Assembly (NCBI GenBank): GCA_963804645.1
Contig: CAWDRG010000004.1
Coordinates: 1-64,000, forward strand
Reading direction: 5' to 3'
DNA: 64,000 bases
DNA from: an uncultured Bacillota bacterium
GTDB lineage: Bacteria > Sysuimicrobiota > Sysuimicrobiia > Sysuimicrobiales > Segetimicrobiaceae
Position numbers and translations under genes: made by a program
Shown here: positions 27,976 to 37,556 of the stretch, piece by piece
How the letters are laid out: each line of letters starts with the position of its first letter
Position numbering within the stretch: position 1 is the stretch's first letter
Notes under the pieces: model-generated
Told to the model about the DNA's origin: nothing
What the model saw: the letters and a program-made list of their open reading frames with translations, nothing else
Databases searched by the model: none

Positions 27976-29721
27976 ATGGTCAAGGAGATTCTCGCCAACG
28001 TGGATCCGTTCGAGGTCCGCGTGGCGGTGCTCGAGGACGGGGTCCTCGTGGGCATCATGCTCGAGCGCGGGGAACCGCTCGCGGGCAACGTGTACAAGGG
28101 CCGGGTGTCGAGCGTGCTGCCCGGCATGGAGGCCGCGTTCGTCGACATCGGGCTCGGGCGGAACGCCTTTCTGCACGTACAGGACGTCCGCTCCAATCGG
28201 ATCGAGCCGTTCCGCGGGCAGGGCGGCGAGGAGCTCGAGGACCAGATCGGCCGCGGCCCGATCGCGGAGCGGCTGCGGGTCGGCCAGGAGATCCTCGTCC
28301 AGGTGACCAAGGAGCCGCGCGGCACGAAGGGGGCGCGCGCGACCACGTACGTGGCGCTGCCCGGCCACTACCTCGTGCTGATGCCCACCGTCACCGGCAT
28401 CGGCGTCAGCCGGCGGATCGGCAACGAGCCGGAGCGCAAGCGCCTCCGGGCGATCGCGGAGCGGCTCCGGCCGGAAGGAATGGGGGTCATCGTGCGCACC
28501 GCGGCCGAGGGGATCGAGGAGCGCGACCTCGCGGACGATGTCCGCTTTCTGCTGCAGGTGTGGGCGCAGGTGACCGAGCGCGCCGCGGCCAGCCGCGCGC
28601 CCGCGGTGCTGTACCAGGACTTCGGCCTCATCCGCCGGGTGGTGCGCGATCTGTTCACGGGCGACGTCGACCGGTTCGTCGTGGACTCGCCCCGCGACTT
28701 CGAGCGCGTGCAGGAGTTCGTCGGAGGGTTCGCGCCGGAGCTGCGGGCCCGCGTCCAGCTGCACGCGGGCCCCGAGCCGATCTTCGACGCGAACGGGATC
28801 GACCGTGAGATCGAGCGGGCGCTTCACCGGAAGGTCTGGCTCCGCAGCGGCGGCTACCTCGTGTTCGATCGGACCGAGGCGGCGACGGTGATCGACGTCA
28901 ATACCGGCAAGTACGTCGGCAAGACCGATCTCGCGAGCACGATTTTGAAGACGAACCTCGAGGCGGCCGCCGAGCTCGCGCGGCAGATCCGCCTCCGGGA
29001 TATCGGCGGGATCATTCTCGTCGACTTCATCGACATGGACTCGGACAAGCACCGCGCGCGCGTCCTCGCCGCACTCAACGAGGCGGTCCGGGCCGACCGC
29101 ACCAAGGTCCACGTGCTCGATCTGACGGCGCTCGGGCTCGTCGAGATCACGCGCAAGCGCGTGTACCAGGATCTCGAGGAGTTGATGCGGATGCCGTGCC
29201 CCTACTGCGAGGGCCGGGGGCGGGTGCTCTCGCCGCAGAGCGCCGCGGTGCGCGCGCGCCGCGAGCTGCGCCGCGCCGTCGCGACGACGCGCGCGACCGT
29301 CGTGGTGGCGCAGGTGCACCCCGACGTGGCGGCGCTGCTGCAGGAGGATGCGGCCTGGCTGCAGGCGCTCGGTGCGCAGGCCGGGGTGACGATCTTGGTG
29401 CGGGCCCGGCCCGGCATGCACCTGGACCGCATCGCGATCGCGCACGGCGATGCCGCCGCCGCGGAAGTGAACGGACAGCCGGATGGGAAGCACGCGCAGG
29501 GGTTTTGGCTCGATCCGATCCACGGCGAGGGGATGGACCTGCCCGAGGAAGACACCCGCGAGGGACTCGGCGTGCCGACCGGGCGGTCCGAGGCGGGGGT
29601 GGGGTGGTTCGCGCGCACATGGCGGCGGCTCATGGGCGGCGATCGTTCGGAGCCCCCGGCGGCCGCGGGCGCCGCGCCGGGGCCGCGCCGCGCCGGCGCC
29701 GGCCGGCCGCGCCGTCGTTGA
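27976..29721 (+). CDS. rng: Rne/Rng family ribonuclease
   Basis: GNVYKGRV..VLPGMEAAFVDIG, IDVNTGK, LRDIGGIILVDFIDM, CPYCEG. Confidence 0.93.
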   Translation: MVKEILANVDPFEVRVAVLEDGVLVGIMLERGEPLAGNVYKGRVSSVLPGMEAAFVDIGLGRNAFLHVQDVRSNRIEPFRGQGGEELEDQIGRGPIAERLRVGQEILVQVTKEPRGTKGARATTYVALPGHYLVLMPTVTGIGVSRRIGNEPERKRLRAIAERLRPEGMGVIVRTAAEGIEERDLADDVRFLLQVWAQVTERAAASRAPAVLYQDFGLIRRVVRDLFTGDVDRFVVDSPRDFERVQEFVGGFAPELRARVQLHAGPEPIFDANGIDREIERALHRKVWLRSGGYLVFDRTEAATVIDVNTGKYVGKTDLASTILKTNLEAAAELARQIRLRDIGGIILVDFIDMDSDKHRARVLAALNEAVRADRTKVHVLDLTALGLVEITRKRVYQDLEELMRMPCPYCEGRGRVLSPQSAAVRARRELRRAVATTRATVVVAQVHPDVAALLQEDAAWLQALGAQAGVTILVRARPGMHLDRIAIAHGDAAAAEVNGQPDGKHAQGFWLDPIHGEGMDLPEEDTREGLGVPTGRSEAGVGWFARTWRRLMGGDRSEPPAAAGAAPGPRRAGAGRPRRR

Positions 29722-29746
29722 CACCCCTGGGGTCGCATGCTACCAT
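29718..29746 (+). promoter_or_regulatory. Sigma70 promoter of rplU-rpmA
   Basis: TTGACA-N17-TACCAT with TGn extension; the -35 overlaps the rng stop codon. Confidence 0.7.
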
Positions 29747-29776
29747 TTTCAGGTCATCAACAGGTGGGGGCGTGTA

Positions 29777-30100
29777 ATGTACGCGGTAGTCGAGGTTGGC
29801 GGCAAGCAGATGCGTGTGGAGGCCGGGCAGGTGCTCGAGGTGGACCGGCTGCCGGGCGACCCTGGGTCGGAAGTGACCCTGGGCCGTGTGCTTATGCTCG
29901 TGGACGGGGACGCGGTCACGTGCGGCACCCCCGAGGTGTCGGGCGCGTCGGTGACGGCCACGGTGCTGGCGCTGCCGCGGACCCGCAAGCTGCTCGTCGG
30001 GAAGTTCCGGCCGAAGAAGCACTACCGGCGCAAGGTGGGGCACCGGCAGCCGCTCAGCCGCCTGCGTGTGGAGCGGATCACGGCCGGGCAGGAGGCATAG
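29777..30100 (+). CDS. rplU: 50S ribosomal protein L21
   Basis: [11 protein letters not shown]..., GHRQ. Confidence 0.96.
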   Translation: MYAVVEVGGKQMRVEAGQVLEVDRLPGDPGSEVTLGRVLMLVDGDAVTCGTPEVSGASVTATVLALPRTRKLLVGKFRPKKHYRRKVGHRQPLSRLRVERITAGQEA

Positions 30101-30101
30101 G

Positions 30102-30362
30102 ATGGCGCACAAAAAAGGCGGCAGCAGCTCTCGCAACGGGCGCGACAGCAACGCGCAGCGCCTCGGGATCAAGCGGTTTGGCGGCCAAACGGTGCCCGCG
30201 GGCTCGGTGCTCGTGCGGCAGCGCGGCACCCGCTACCGACCCGGCCAGAACGTCGGGCTCGGGCGGGACGACACGCTCTTCGCGCTCGCGGCGGGCGTCG
30301 TGCGGTTCGAGCGGCAGGGTCGGGACGGCCGCCAAGTATCGGTCTATCCTGCGGACGCGTAG
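30102..30362 (+). CDS. rpmA: 50S ribosomal protein L27
   Basis: [30 protein letters not shown]. Confidence 0.97.
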   Translation: MAHKKGGSSSRNGRDSNAQRLGIKRFGGQTVPAGSVLVRQRGTRYRPGQNVGLGRDDTLFALAAGVVRFERQGRDGRQVSVYPADA

Positions 30363-30379
30363 CATCACGGCGGTGTGGG

Positions 30380-30410
30380 GGCCCCGGGCTCGTCGAGACC
30401 GGGGCCTTTT
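30380..30410 (+). terminator. Intrinsic terminator/attenuator after rpmA
   Basis: GGCCCCGG...CCGGGGCC followed by TTTT. Confidence 0.6.
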
Positions 30411-30424
30411 CCTGTCACTAGACC

Positions 30425-31483
<1,059 letters not shown>

Positions 31484-31493
31484 GGTGGCGGGC

Positions 31494-32138
31494 GTGAGCC
31501 GGATCGGGATCATGGGCGGGACGTTCGATCCCGTCCATTACGGGCACCTCGTGACGGCTGGCGAGGCCCGCTGGCAGTTCGATCTTGACCTGGTCTTGTT
31601 CGTGCCGAACCGGCATCCTCCGCACAAGGACCCTCGCGAGGTGTCGAGCCCCGAGGACCGCTACTTGATGACGTTCCTGGCCATCGCGACGAACCCGCGC
31701 TTCCGGGTCTCGCGCATCGAGATCGATCGTGAGGGGCCGTCGTACACGATCGACACGATCCGCGCGCTGCGGCGGGAGCAGCCCGGGGACGAGCTGTTCT
31801 ACATCACCGGCGCGGACGCGCTCGGCCAGATCCTCCGCGGGGAGTGGCGCGACACCGAGCGGCTGTTGAAGCTCTGCCAGTTTATCGGGGCGAGCCGGCC
31901 GGGGTACCAGCTGGATCAGGAGCAGTGGGCGTCGAGCCACCACCGGGTGCGCCCGCATCTCAGCAGCATTCACGTCATGGAGATCCCCGCGATGGCGATC
32001 AGCAGCACCGATATCCGAGCCCGCGTGCGCGAGGGCCGCCCGATCACGTACCTCGTGCCCGAGGCGGTCGAGCAGTACATCAGCACGCACGGGCTGTACC
32101 TGAAGGCGGCGTCGCGGGTTCGGAAAGGGGCCGGCTAG
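31494..32138 (+). CDS. nadD: Nicotinate-nucleotide adenylyltransferase
   Basis: GGTFDPVHYGH, SYTIDT, ISSTDIR. Confidence 0.96.
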   Translation: MSRIGIMGGTFDPVHYGHLVTAGEARWQFDLDLVLFVPNRHPPHKDPREVSSPEDRYLMTFLAIATNPRFRVSRIEIDREGPSYTIDTIRALRREQPGDELFYITGADALGQILRGEWRDTERLLKLCQFIGASRPGYQLDQEQWASSHHRVRPHLSSIHVMEIPAMAISSTDIRARVREGRPITYLVPEAVEQYISTHGLYLKAASRVRKGAG

Positions 32139-32476
32139 TGGAGGCCCGGCGCAAGGCGCTCCTCGCGGCCGAGGCCGCGGAAGCGAAGCTGGCGGACCGC
32201 GTCGTGGTGCTGGATCTGCAGGAGCACAGTCCCGTGACCGACTTCTTCGTGATCGCGACCGGCAGCAACCGGATTCAGATCAAGGCGATCACCGAGGCGG
32301 TCGAGGACGCGCTCGGAGAGGCGGGGGAGCAGTCGGGACGGGCGGAGGGCCGTCGCGGCGGCCAGTGGGTGCTGCTCGATTTTGGGGACGTCGTCGTGCA
32401 CGTCTTCGATCCGCGCGAGCGCGAGTTCTACAACCTCGAATGGCTGTGGGGAGATGCCCCGATCGTCGAGCGGTGA
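32138..32476 (+). CDS. rsfS: Ribosome silencing factor
   Basis: DFFVIATG, WVLLDFGDVVVHVF..REFYNLE.LW. Confidence 0.95.
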   Translation: MEARRKALLAAEAAEAKLADRVVVLDLQEHSPVTDFFVIATGSNRIQIKAITEAVEDALGEAGEQSGRAEGRRGGQWVLLDFGDVVVHVFDPREREFYNLEWLWGDAPIVER

Positions 32477-32512
32477 GGCGCCGGGCGATCGAGCCCGCGC
32501 GGAGCGCGCGGC

Positions 32513-32541
32513 TGGACCTCGGCGCCGCTGTCCGATATAAT
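32513..32541 (+). promoter_or_regulatory. Promoter of tRNA-Ala
   Basis: TGGACC-N17-TATAAT. Confidence 0.6.
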
Positions 32542-32578
32542 GCAGGGGTCCCGCGGGTGCCCGTCCGCGGATCGGCGT

Positions 32579-32653
32579 GGGGCTGTAGCTCAGCGGGAGA
32601 GCGCCTCTTTGGCGTAGAGGAGGTCGAGGGTTCAATTCCCTCCAGCTCCACCA
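32579..32653 (+). tRNA. tRNA-Ala(GGC)
   Basis: Cloverleaf: acceptor GGGGCTG/CAGCTCC with G3-U70, anticodon arm CCTCT-TTGGCGT-AGAGG, TTCAATT T-loop, encoded CCA. Confidence 0.97.
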
Positions 32654-32747
32654 CGTTTTTCAACGTTTCTGAACGCGTGCTCAGCCGCCAGAATCCGTCG
32701 GAAGTCCTAGCAACGTATTAGCAATTTCGGCGGCCCGTTTCTGCGCC

Positions 32748-33000
32748 TCAAGCCGAGGGTGCGTGTACCGCTTGAGCGTAAACGCCGGATTGCCGAGTCC
32801 CAGCCGCGCCGCCGCGATCGAAGCGTTTCACGTCGGCCTCAGCCATTTCCGTGGTGATGAGGTGGCGGAAGTCGCCGGACTCAGGCGTGCGTCCGGCGCG
32901 CGTCGGCTGCCGTTCGATCTTTAGCGTGGGCAAGGAGCGGTTCAGGTCGACGGCGCCCTCAGAGAGACCAAGCAGTTCGCCTAAGCGCAGCCCGCGACTG
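32748..33000 (-). pseudogene. Tyrosine integrase remnant (internally deleted, frameshifted)
   Basis: Reverse strand reads GLRLGELLGL..VDL..TLKIERQ (box I), then after only about 10 aa DFRH..., and in a shifted frame RLG(L)GNPAFTLKRYTH (box II with the catalytic Tyr). Confidence 0.8.
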
Positions 33001-33398
33001 GCGTTCGTTCACCCACAGTGCAGACAGTGCTGGTCACAGCTGGGCCACGAGAGCGCTCGCGACCACGCCGGCCGGCGGCAGAAGCCCTACGTGGGTTGAG
33101 TGGTTGACGTTGTCGCGACTACTATCACGCCCCACGGACCACGCAGATGCTCGCCGAGTTTGATCGGCGGAGTTTTTAGGAGAGGATTAAACTCGAGTGC
33201 AAGAGTGTGCTCAACACGCAGATGCCGCTCAACACGCAAATGCTCCTAGCATGACCCTCCTAACGGAGGATACTCGCGGGCACGACGTGACGCGTAGAGT
33301 TAGGCTCGGAAGGGCTACACTGACGTTTCCGCGCAGCCGGACGAGAGCATGGAGTCCGTGGCCTGCACCGGAATAGTACGGCGGAGGGATCTGATACC

Positions 33399-34145
33399 GT
33401 GGACAAACCTCTCAGGTGGTTGGCGACAGGGCCCATGCTGAGATTCGCACCAGCAGCATTGCTGTTGTTTGGGGCGTTGACCCTACTCCCACGAGCCTCA
33501 CTCGCGATCACGATTGTTGATCCGCTACACGGATACTGCGGGGGCGTGGGACAATGCGTCGACAATGGCACCAATAGTCCCACAAGCACGAACCCCCCGA
33601 GCAATTTTGGTTTCACGGTCTCACCGGGATCTGCTTCGGGGGATTTACTGCTTGACGTGCTGGCTCCGGACAACGTAGCGTCTGGTCCCCCGTACGCGAT
33701 CTCGGGGACACTCACAGGCACCGCCCCCCTGTTTAGTGCCACGCCGTGGACCAGCGGGGACTTGGACACGTATTTGGGGATCAGCGCTTCTCCCGCGAAC
33801 CCCATCGGCGCATATCTTCCCTCGACTATAACCGTAGATCCGGGCGCGACGGGCTTCCTCGTGTACCAAGCGGACTTGGGGACGACCACGCTTCAGGGCC
33901 CCTCCAATCCCAATGTGTCGCCCCTTGAGACCCTCGGTTCTTCACTTCCCCAGGGAAGCTACATCGTAGGGTTCTTGAACGAGGGCACCATTGGCGCGCC
34001 GAATTGGGTAGCGACGGCCAACAGCGGCGCCATCTTTGAGACAAGCGCACCCAGCCCTGTGCCTGAGCCGGGCTCGCTCGTCCTCATGTTCACCGGCCTC
34101 GTCGGCCTTGGCGGCGTGGTGCGACGGCGCTTGACCGGTCGCTAA
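33399..34145 (+). CDS. PEP-CTERM sorting-domain surface protein
   Basis: Signal peptide, S/T/G/P-rich body, VPEPGSLVLMFTGLVGLGGVVRRR. Confidence 0.88.
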   Translation: MDKPLRWLATGPMLRFAPAALLLFGALTLLPRASLAITIVDPLHGYCGGVGQCVDNGTNSPTSTNPPSNFGFTVSPGSASGDLLLDVLAPDNVASGPPYAISGTLTGTAPLFSATPWTSGDLDTYLGISASPANPIGAYLPSTITVDPGATGFLVYQADLGTTTLQGPSNPNVSPLETLGSSLPQGSYIVGFLNEGTIGAPNWVATANSGAIFETSAPSPVPEPGSLVLMFTGLVGLGGVVRRRLTGR

Positions 34146-34167
34146 ACACAGCGCTGGACTGCAGTAT

Positions 34168-34413
34168 CTAGTTGTCGGAGAAGACCGGGAGTCGATTCCC
34201 GGTCTTCTCTCGTTTGGTACGTCCAGCTTGAGCGTTGACGAGTGGAACCAGTCGCTGGATCAGATTGGGATCACAGCATTTCTCGCGGAGGAAGGCGGCC
34301 GCCGTCGCACCGTCTGGCACTGAGCCAACCTGGACCCACCTGCCGAACCGGCGCGCATGGATCGTACCATCCGAGCACAGCAGGAAATGCGCGTTGAAAC
34401 CAGGTGTGCGCAA
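34168..34413 (-). CDS. Hypothetical protein
   Basis: ORF only, no recognisable motif. Confidence 0.3.
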   Translation of the reverse strand: MRTPGFNAHFLLCSDGTIHARRFGRWVQVGSVPDGATAAAFLREKCCDPNLIQRLVPLVNAQAGRTKREKTGNRLPVFSDN

Positions 34414-34766
34414 TTTAACAGACGCTACGCCCTTGCCCTAGTACGTTTAATTGGGATGGTATCGGGAGGCAAGGCACGCCATGCCATGGTCTGCACCTGC
34501 CTTCGAATCAGTCAAAGAAGGACCGTGGCTGAAAGGCGGGCCCCGCAATCGGTGAACCGGACCTGGTTATGGAGCACGCGACGACGGTCATGTCCAACAT
34601 CCGGGAAATCTGGCCCGCCCTCACGGACGAGGACGTCCAAGCCATGAACGCCTGGAGGTGGAGCGCCCGCCGCCAAGGAGCGCGAGACCATACGGGACCT
34701 CCTAATAACGGGATCGTCAGCCCATTCGTGGCACGGGCGCACCGAGCACAGAGAGGAGATCGTGCG

Positions 34767-35978
34767 ATGAGTATTATGGCATGGATTGTGGTGGCACTGA
34801 TCACAGGCTGGGTAGCGAAAACGATGATACTGGGCAGAAGGAACTGGGGGACACAAGCGATCATCGCGATCGGGGTGAGCGCCACCCTTCCGTTCCTTGG
34901 GCTAAGCGGGGTCGCATCCGCTCAATCGGCAGTGAACGTCCAGGGAACTATCGCTGCCGTCGATTGCCAGCGCCAAACGATGAGCGTTGAGACCGCTAAC
35001 GGCCGGCAGACATTCGCCGCGTCGGGCAATGCGTTCACGAACGTGGACGCGACAAATCTGCCGTTTTGCAGCCTCGAAGGCTACGTGGGCGCGCCGGCGA
35101 CGGTGTGGCTCGCGCTTGGCGACAATAATCAGCTCCTAGTCACCGAAGTCAACGTGACCGGCCCTGTCGCCACGGCTCCGGCCACAACGGAAGTCGTATC
35201 GACCCTCCCCCTTTGGGGCATCGTCCTCGGCACGGTCGTCGACGCGGGACTCTTGTATCTGGTGACCCGCGGGCCCGACGGAAACTACTATCGATATCCG
35301 TACTATGGCGGATACTACCGGCACTATTACCACTCCGGATACCGACCATACACAGGGTTCTATCCGGCATCGGCTCCGATCATCACGGTCGCATTGGCGA
35401 TCATTGGCGCGGTGATTGGAATGGTGATCGTCGACGGCGACCCGTACATCGTCTCCAACTATGGGGGGCATTACTACCGGTACCCATACTATGGTCCATA
35501 TCATCAGTACTACTACCGACCGGCGTATCAAGGGTATCAGCGGCCGTATGCAGGAGCGAATGTGAACGTATACGTGAATGCGTCGGTGCGTCAGGGAGAC
35601 TCACATTGGGATGCGCCGGCTCACGCCATGGCCCAAGTGTATGGCACTCCGGCTGTACGAGACTTTCCGCAACAGCAGCCGAAGGCGGGGACGCACCAGC
35701 TAACGGGAACACCGTCGCATAAGCCACAGTCCGTGACGCACCAGCCCATGGCACCGGCACCGCAGAAGTCGCAGCCCGCGACGCACCAACCCACGGCACC
35801 GGCACCGCAGAAGTCGCAGCCCGCGACGCACCAGCCCACGGCACCGGCACCGCAGAAGTTGCAGCCCGCGACGCACCAGCCAGCGGGGAAGTCACAGAAT
35901 CAGCAACCGCAGTGTGGAGGTAAAGGGCAGCAGCCCTGCTCGAATCAGGGGAGTAATCAGAACGGGAGTAGTAAATAG
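34767..35978 (+). CDS. Exported/membrane protein with duplicated Tyr-rich motifs and Pro/Gln repeats
   Basis: GAGGAG RBS; N-terminus MSIMAWIVVALITGWVAK resembles GlsB/YeaQ/YmgE; YYRYPYYG twice; THQPxAPAPQKSQPA repeats. Confidence 0.65.
   Translation: MSIMAWIVVALITGWVAKTMILGRRNWGTQAIIAIGVSATLPFLGLSGVASAQSAVNVQGTIAAVDCQRQTMSVETANGRQTFAASGNAFTNVDATNLPFCSLEGYVGAPATVWLALGDNNQLLVTEVNVTGPVATAPATTEVVSTLPLWGIVLGTVVDAGLLYLVTRGPDGNYYRYPYYGGYYRHYYHSGYRPYTGFYPASAPIITVALAIIGAVIGMVIVDGDPYIVSNYGGHYYRYPYYGPYHQYYYRPAYQGYQRPYAGANVNVYVNASVRQGDSHWDAPAHAMAQVYGTPAVRDFPQQQPKAGTHQLTGTPSHKPQSVTHQPMAPAPQKSQPATHQPTAPAPQKSQPATHQPTAPAPQKLQPATHQPAGKSQNQQPQCGGKGQQPCSNQGSNQNGSSK
35735..35881 (+). repeat. 45-bp coding tandem repeat, about 3.3 copies (degenerate copy from 35690)
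   Basis: Units start at 35735, 35780, 35825 and 35870. Confidence 0.9.
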
Positions 35979-35984
35979 GTTCTT

Positions 35985-36025
35985 CTCAGCCCGGGGCGTG
36001 CAGTAACTGGGCGCCCCGGGCTGAG
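35985..36025. terminator. Hairpin after the Tyr-rich gene
   Basis: CTCAGCCCGGGGCG / CGCCCCGGGCTGAG 14-bp stem. Confidence 0.55.
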
Positions 36026-36249
36026 CCCTGCGACATTCCACGGTCTTCGTATAGCAGGTTAGTGACGCGTGGACGGTTTGCGATCTTACCTAAAATAAAA
36101 TCGAGATGTGGCTGGCGGAACGCGTGGCTGTCTACGATCAGAAGAGCGGGGGAGCCGCATCGTGCCGGCTCCCCCCTAGGGCTCGAAAGTCCTAGCAAAG
36201 TATTAGCAGGTACCTCGCAAAGCCAGGAGAAGTAAGGCGCTGCACAGTA

Positions 36250-36304
36250 AGCGCCTCTTTGGCGTAGAGGAGGTCGAGGGTTCAATTCCCTCCAGCTCCA
36301 CCAC
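36250..36304 (+). repeat. att-site duplicate of the tRNA-Ala 3' end
   Basis: Exact copy of 32600-32654; lacks the 5' acceptor strand and most of the D arm. Confidence 0.93.
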
Positions 36305-36436
36305 CAACGGCCCCACGGGACCGGCGGTCGCCGGAGGCCGCCCCAACACATCTTTGTTACAATACCAAGCGAATACTTAAACGAACGCTTAAAATCGGAA
36401 GACGCGCTACGAGTCACTCCTAGGGGAGGCGATCAC

Positions 36437-36925
36437 GTGAGTCCGATGAAGAACCTGTTTACCGCTGGTGCGCTGCTCGGAATGATGGTCTTGGTGTTCG
36501 GCACGCCGATCTCCAGCTTTGCGCAGGCGCCGCACGGCGGGGACGCCATGCTGATCAGTCAGGTCGAGACCGAGCTCAAGACGGCTACGTTCCATTCGGG
36601 TGAACTCGCGCAGAAAGTGAACGCGCTCGCGGGCGTGCAACTGCATCTGCATCACGTCATCAACTGCCTCGAGGGCCCGAACGGGCCGGATTACCTCGCG
36701 TCCGCCGGGTACCCGTGCCAGGGGCAGGGGAACGGGATCATCCCGGATTTGAAAGTCGCCGTGATGCACATGGTCCCGGGCTCGAGCGCCGCACTGCAGG
36801 AGGCGGAGACGTGCCAGATGCTCGCGTTGCAGGCGGTGGTGTCGAAGGACATCAACGAGGCGCAGCCGTTCGCGCTGGTGATCTCGCGGCATCTGCAGAC
36901 GGCGAGCCAGTATCTCAGCCAGTAG
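36437..36925 (+). CDS. Secreted His/Cys-motif helical protein, paralog 1
   Basis: GGAGG RBS, signal peptide, FHSGELA..HLHHVINCLEGP..GYPCQGQGNGIIPDL. Confidence 0.8.
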   Translation: MSPMKNLFTAGALLGMMVLVFGTPISSFAQAPHGGDAMLISQVETELKTATFHSGELAQKVNALAGVQLHLHHVINCLEGPNGPDYLASAGYPCQGQGNGIIPDLKVAVMHMVPGSSAALQEAETCQMLALQAVVSKDINEAQPFALVISRHLQTASQYLSQ

Positions 36926-36974
36926 CGCGCGGGGACGGGAATACGCGTCAAGGCATCCTGACGCAGGCGGCCGC

Positions 36975-37475
36975 ATGAGTCCGGCGATGCGGCGTGCCGC
37001 GGGCGCGGTCGCGGTAGTGTGCGCGCTCGTGCTCGGTCTGCCGATGTCGGGCCTGGCGGGGAACAGCGGGCAGCTCCCGCTCCAGGATGCCAGCAGCCTG
37101 CTGGTCAGTCAGATCCAGTCCGAGCTCACGACGGCCACCTATCATGCCGGCGAACTCGCACCGAAGGCGACCACGCTCGCGGGCGTGCAGCTGCACCTGC
37201 ACCACGTGTTGAACTGCCTCGAGGGACCGGCGGGGGTGGATTTCTCCGCGGCGGCCGGGGACCCGTGCCAGCGACAGGGGAAGGGGATCATCCCGGACCT
37301 GCAGGCAGCGGTGCAGCAGAACCTGCCCGGCGCGAACGCCGCGCTACAGGAGGCGCACACGTCCCAGATGCTGGCCCTGCAGGCGCTCGCGTCGACGAGC
37401 CTCACGAAAGCGCAGCCGTTCGCGCTGACCGTGTCCAAGCATCTGCAGACGGCGAACAAGTACATCAGCGAATAG
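36975..37475 (+). CDS. Secreted His/Cys-motif helical protein, paralog 2
   Basis: Signal peptide, YHAGELA..HLHHVLNCLEGP..GDPCQRQGKGIIPDL. Confidence 0.8.
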   Translation: MSPAMRRAAGAVAVVCALVLGLPMSGLAGNSGQLPLQDASSLLVSQIQSELTTATYHAGELAPKATTLAGVQLHLHHVLNCLEGPAGVDFSAAAGDPCQRQGKGIIPDLQAAVQQNLPGANAALQEAHTSQMLALQALASTSLTKAQPFALTVSKHLQTANKYISE

Positions 37476-37489
37476 TCGAGCGGATACGT

Positions 37490-37525
37490 GAGCGGGGCCG
37501 GCGGCTCGAGCCGCCGGCCCCGCTC
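37490..37525. terminator. Perfect 36-bp palindrome between convergent genes (bidirectional terminator candidate)
   Basis: GAGCGGGGCCGGCGGCTC|GAGCCGCCGGCCCCGCTC. Confidence 0.65.
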
Positions 37526-37556
37526 CCATGTCCAAGGCTATCCGGGCGCGCCGTTC

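Larger units (their letters stand above)
32600..36304. mobile_element. Decayed integrative element inserted in tRNA-Ala (3.65 kb between att repeats)
   Basis: Identical 55-bp direct repeat at 32600-32654 and 36250-36304 (3' part of the tRNA); integrase remnant; visibly more A/T-rich than the flanks. Confidence 0.9.

Noticed and set aside
35690..35881. CRISPR-like array
   Set aside because: Contiguous 45-bp in-frame coding repeats without unique spacers; no cas genes in the window
36250..36304. Second tRNA-Ala gene
   Set aside because: Lacks the 5' acceptor strand and most of the D arm; it is the att duplicate
36376..36393. OmpR-type direct repeat CTTAAA upstream of the His/Cys paralogs
   Set aside because: Only two 6-mers with a 12-bp period; too weak to support
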